64,000 nt of DNA from sequence record PQ433349.1; one strand, written 5' to 3'. Positions 63,856 through 64,000 of this stretch are shown here, piece by piece. The position numbers were made by a program, and so were the translations under genes. This stretch comes from Escherichia phage vB_Ec-G1. The notes under the pieces are model-generated. The model worked only from the letters and a program-made list of their open reading frames with translations, had not been told where the DNA came from and searched no databases. Position 1 is the stretch's first letter. Each line of letters begins with the position of its first letter.

Positions 63856-64000
63856 ATGAATCCGAAAGATATGCAAGCATGGAAAGGGTACGACGATCTA
63901 AGCGCCTTGCGCAATAAGTCAAGCCGTAACCTTAGACGGTTAGAAGCAAAGAAAAAGAAAAACAGTTTGACAAGTCCGCTTAATCTGGTAAAGTGTATCT
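63856..64000 (+). CDS. small protein, 3-prime partial at window end
   Basis: AAGGGG RBS then ATG; ORF open to window end. Confidence 0.35.
   Translation, partial: MNPKDMQAWKGYDDLSALRNKSSRNLRRLEAKKKKNSLTSPLNLVKCI
63966..64000 (+). promoter_or_regulatory. promoter cassette Q (partial at window end)
   Basis: TTGACA-17-TAAAGT followed by gtatct as in other cassettes. Confidence 0.45.

Noticed and set aside
57480-64000. Regularly spaced GC-rich palindromic repeats that could suggest a CRISPR array
   Set aside because: Repeat spacing is irregular (100-400 nt), each unit has -35/-10 promoter elements, and every interval contains an ORF with an RBS; this is a promoter/leader array, not CRISPR.
1-64000. 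Integrase, repressor or attachment site indicating a prophage or other integrative element
   Set aside because: No tyrosine/serine recombinase motifs or repressor-like helix-turn-helix genes were recognised; the gene content points to a lytic phage segment.

Overview
The window looks like part of a large virulent tailed phage of Enterobacteriaceae, probably a myovirus (baseplate J-like protein, several tail fibers and tailspikes); no integrase or repressor was seen. Nothing here was searched against a database: all calls rest on motifs read by eye. Track ORF coordinates are used where available; coordinates I derived by hand (small ORFs, promoters, hairpins) may be off by 1-2 nt.

Layout:
- 1-14587 (+): tail module with two pectate-lyase-like tailspikes, baseplate proteins, a Tfa-like chaperone, a collagen-like fiber and a Big_2/leucine-rich-repeat fiber.
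- 14652-23693 (-): replication module with an SSB-like protein, a small nucleotidyltransferase, DNA polymerase A interrupted by a LAGLIDADG intein, an N6-adenine methyltransferase and a primase-helicase.
- 23984-27128 (-): four glycosyltransferase-like genes.
- 27830-39138 (-): a tellurite-resistance-like (Ter) cluster (TerD, vWA, TelA-like, SprT-like, TerC, macro domain, PRTase, HAD), with a secreted cell-wall hydrolase at its promoter-distal edge.
- 39154-50457 (-): anaerobic ribonucleotide reductase NrdD/NrdG, an SF1 helicase, an HNH endonuclease and many small genes.
- 50572-56317 (+): an operon of small genes with an AAA+ ATPase, a zinc-ribbon-repeat protein and a NADAR-domain protein.
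- 56320-57460: AT-rich non-coding region with direct repeats and Fur-box-like sites, then a GC-rich island.
- 57480-64000 (+): at least 18 near-identical promoter plus leader-hairpin cassettes, each driving one small ORF, in sequence with visibly higher GC.

The two strongest candidates for something undescribed are the promoter/hairpin cassette array and the Ter-like cluster in a lytic phage. Candidate anti-defence genes (NADAR, macro domain, DUF2829-like, methyltransferase) are scattered through the window.
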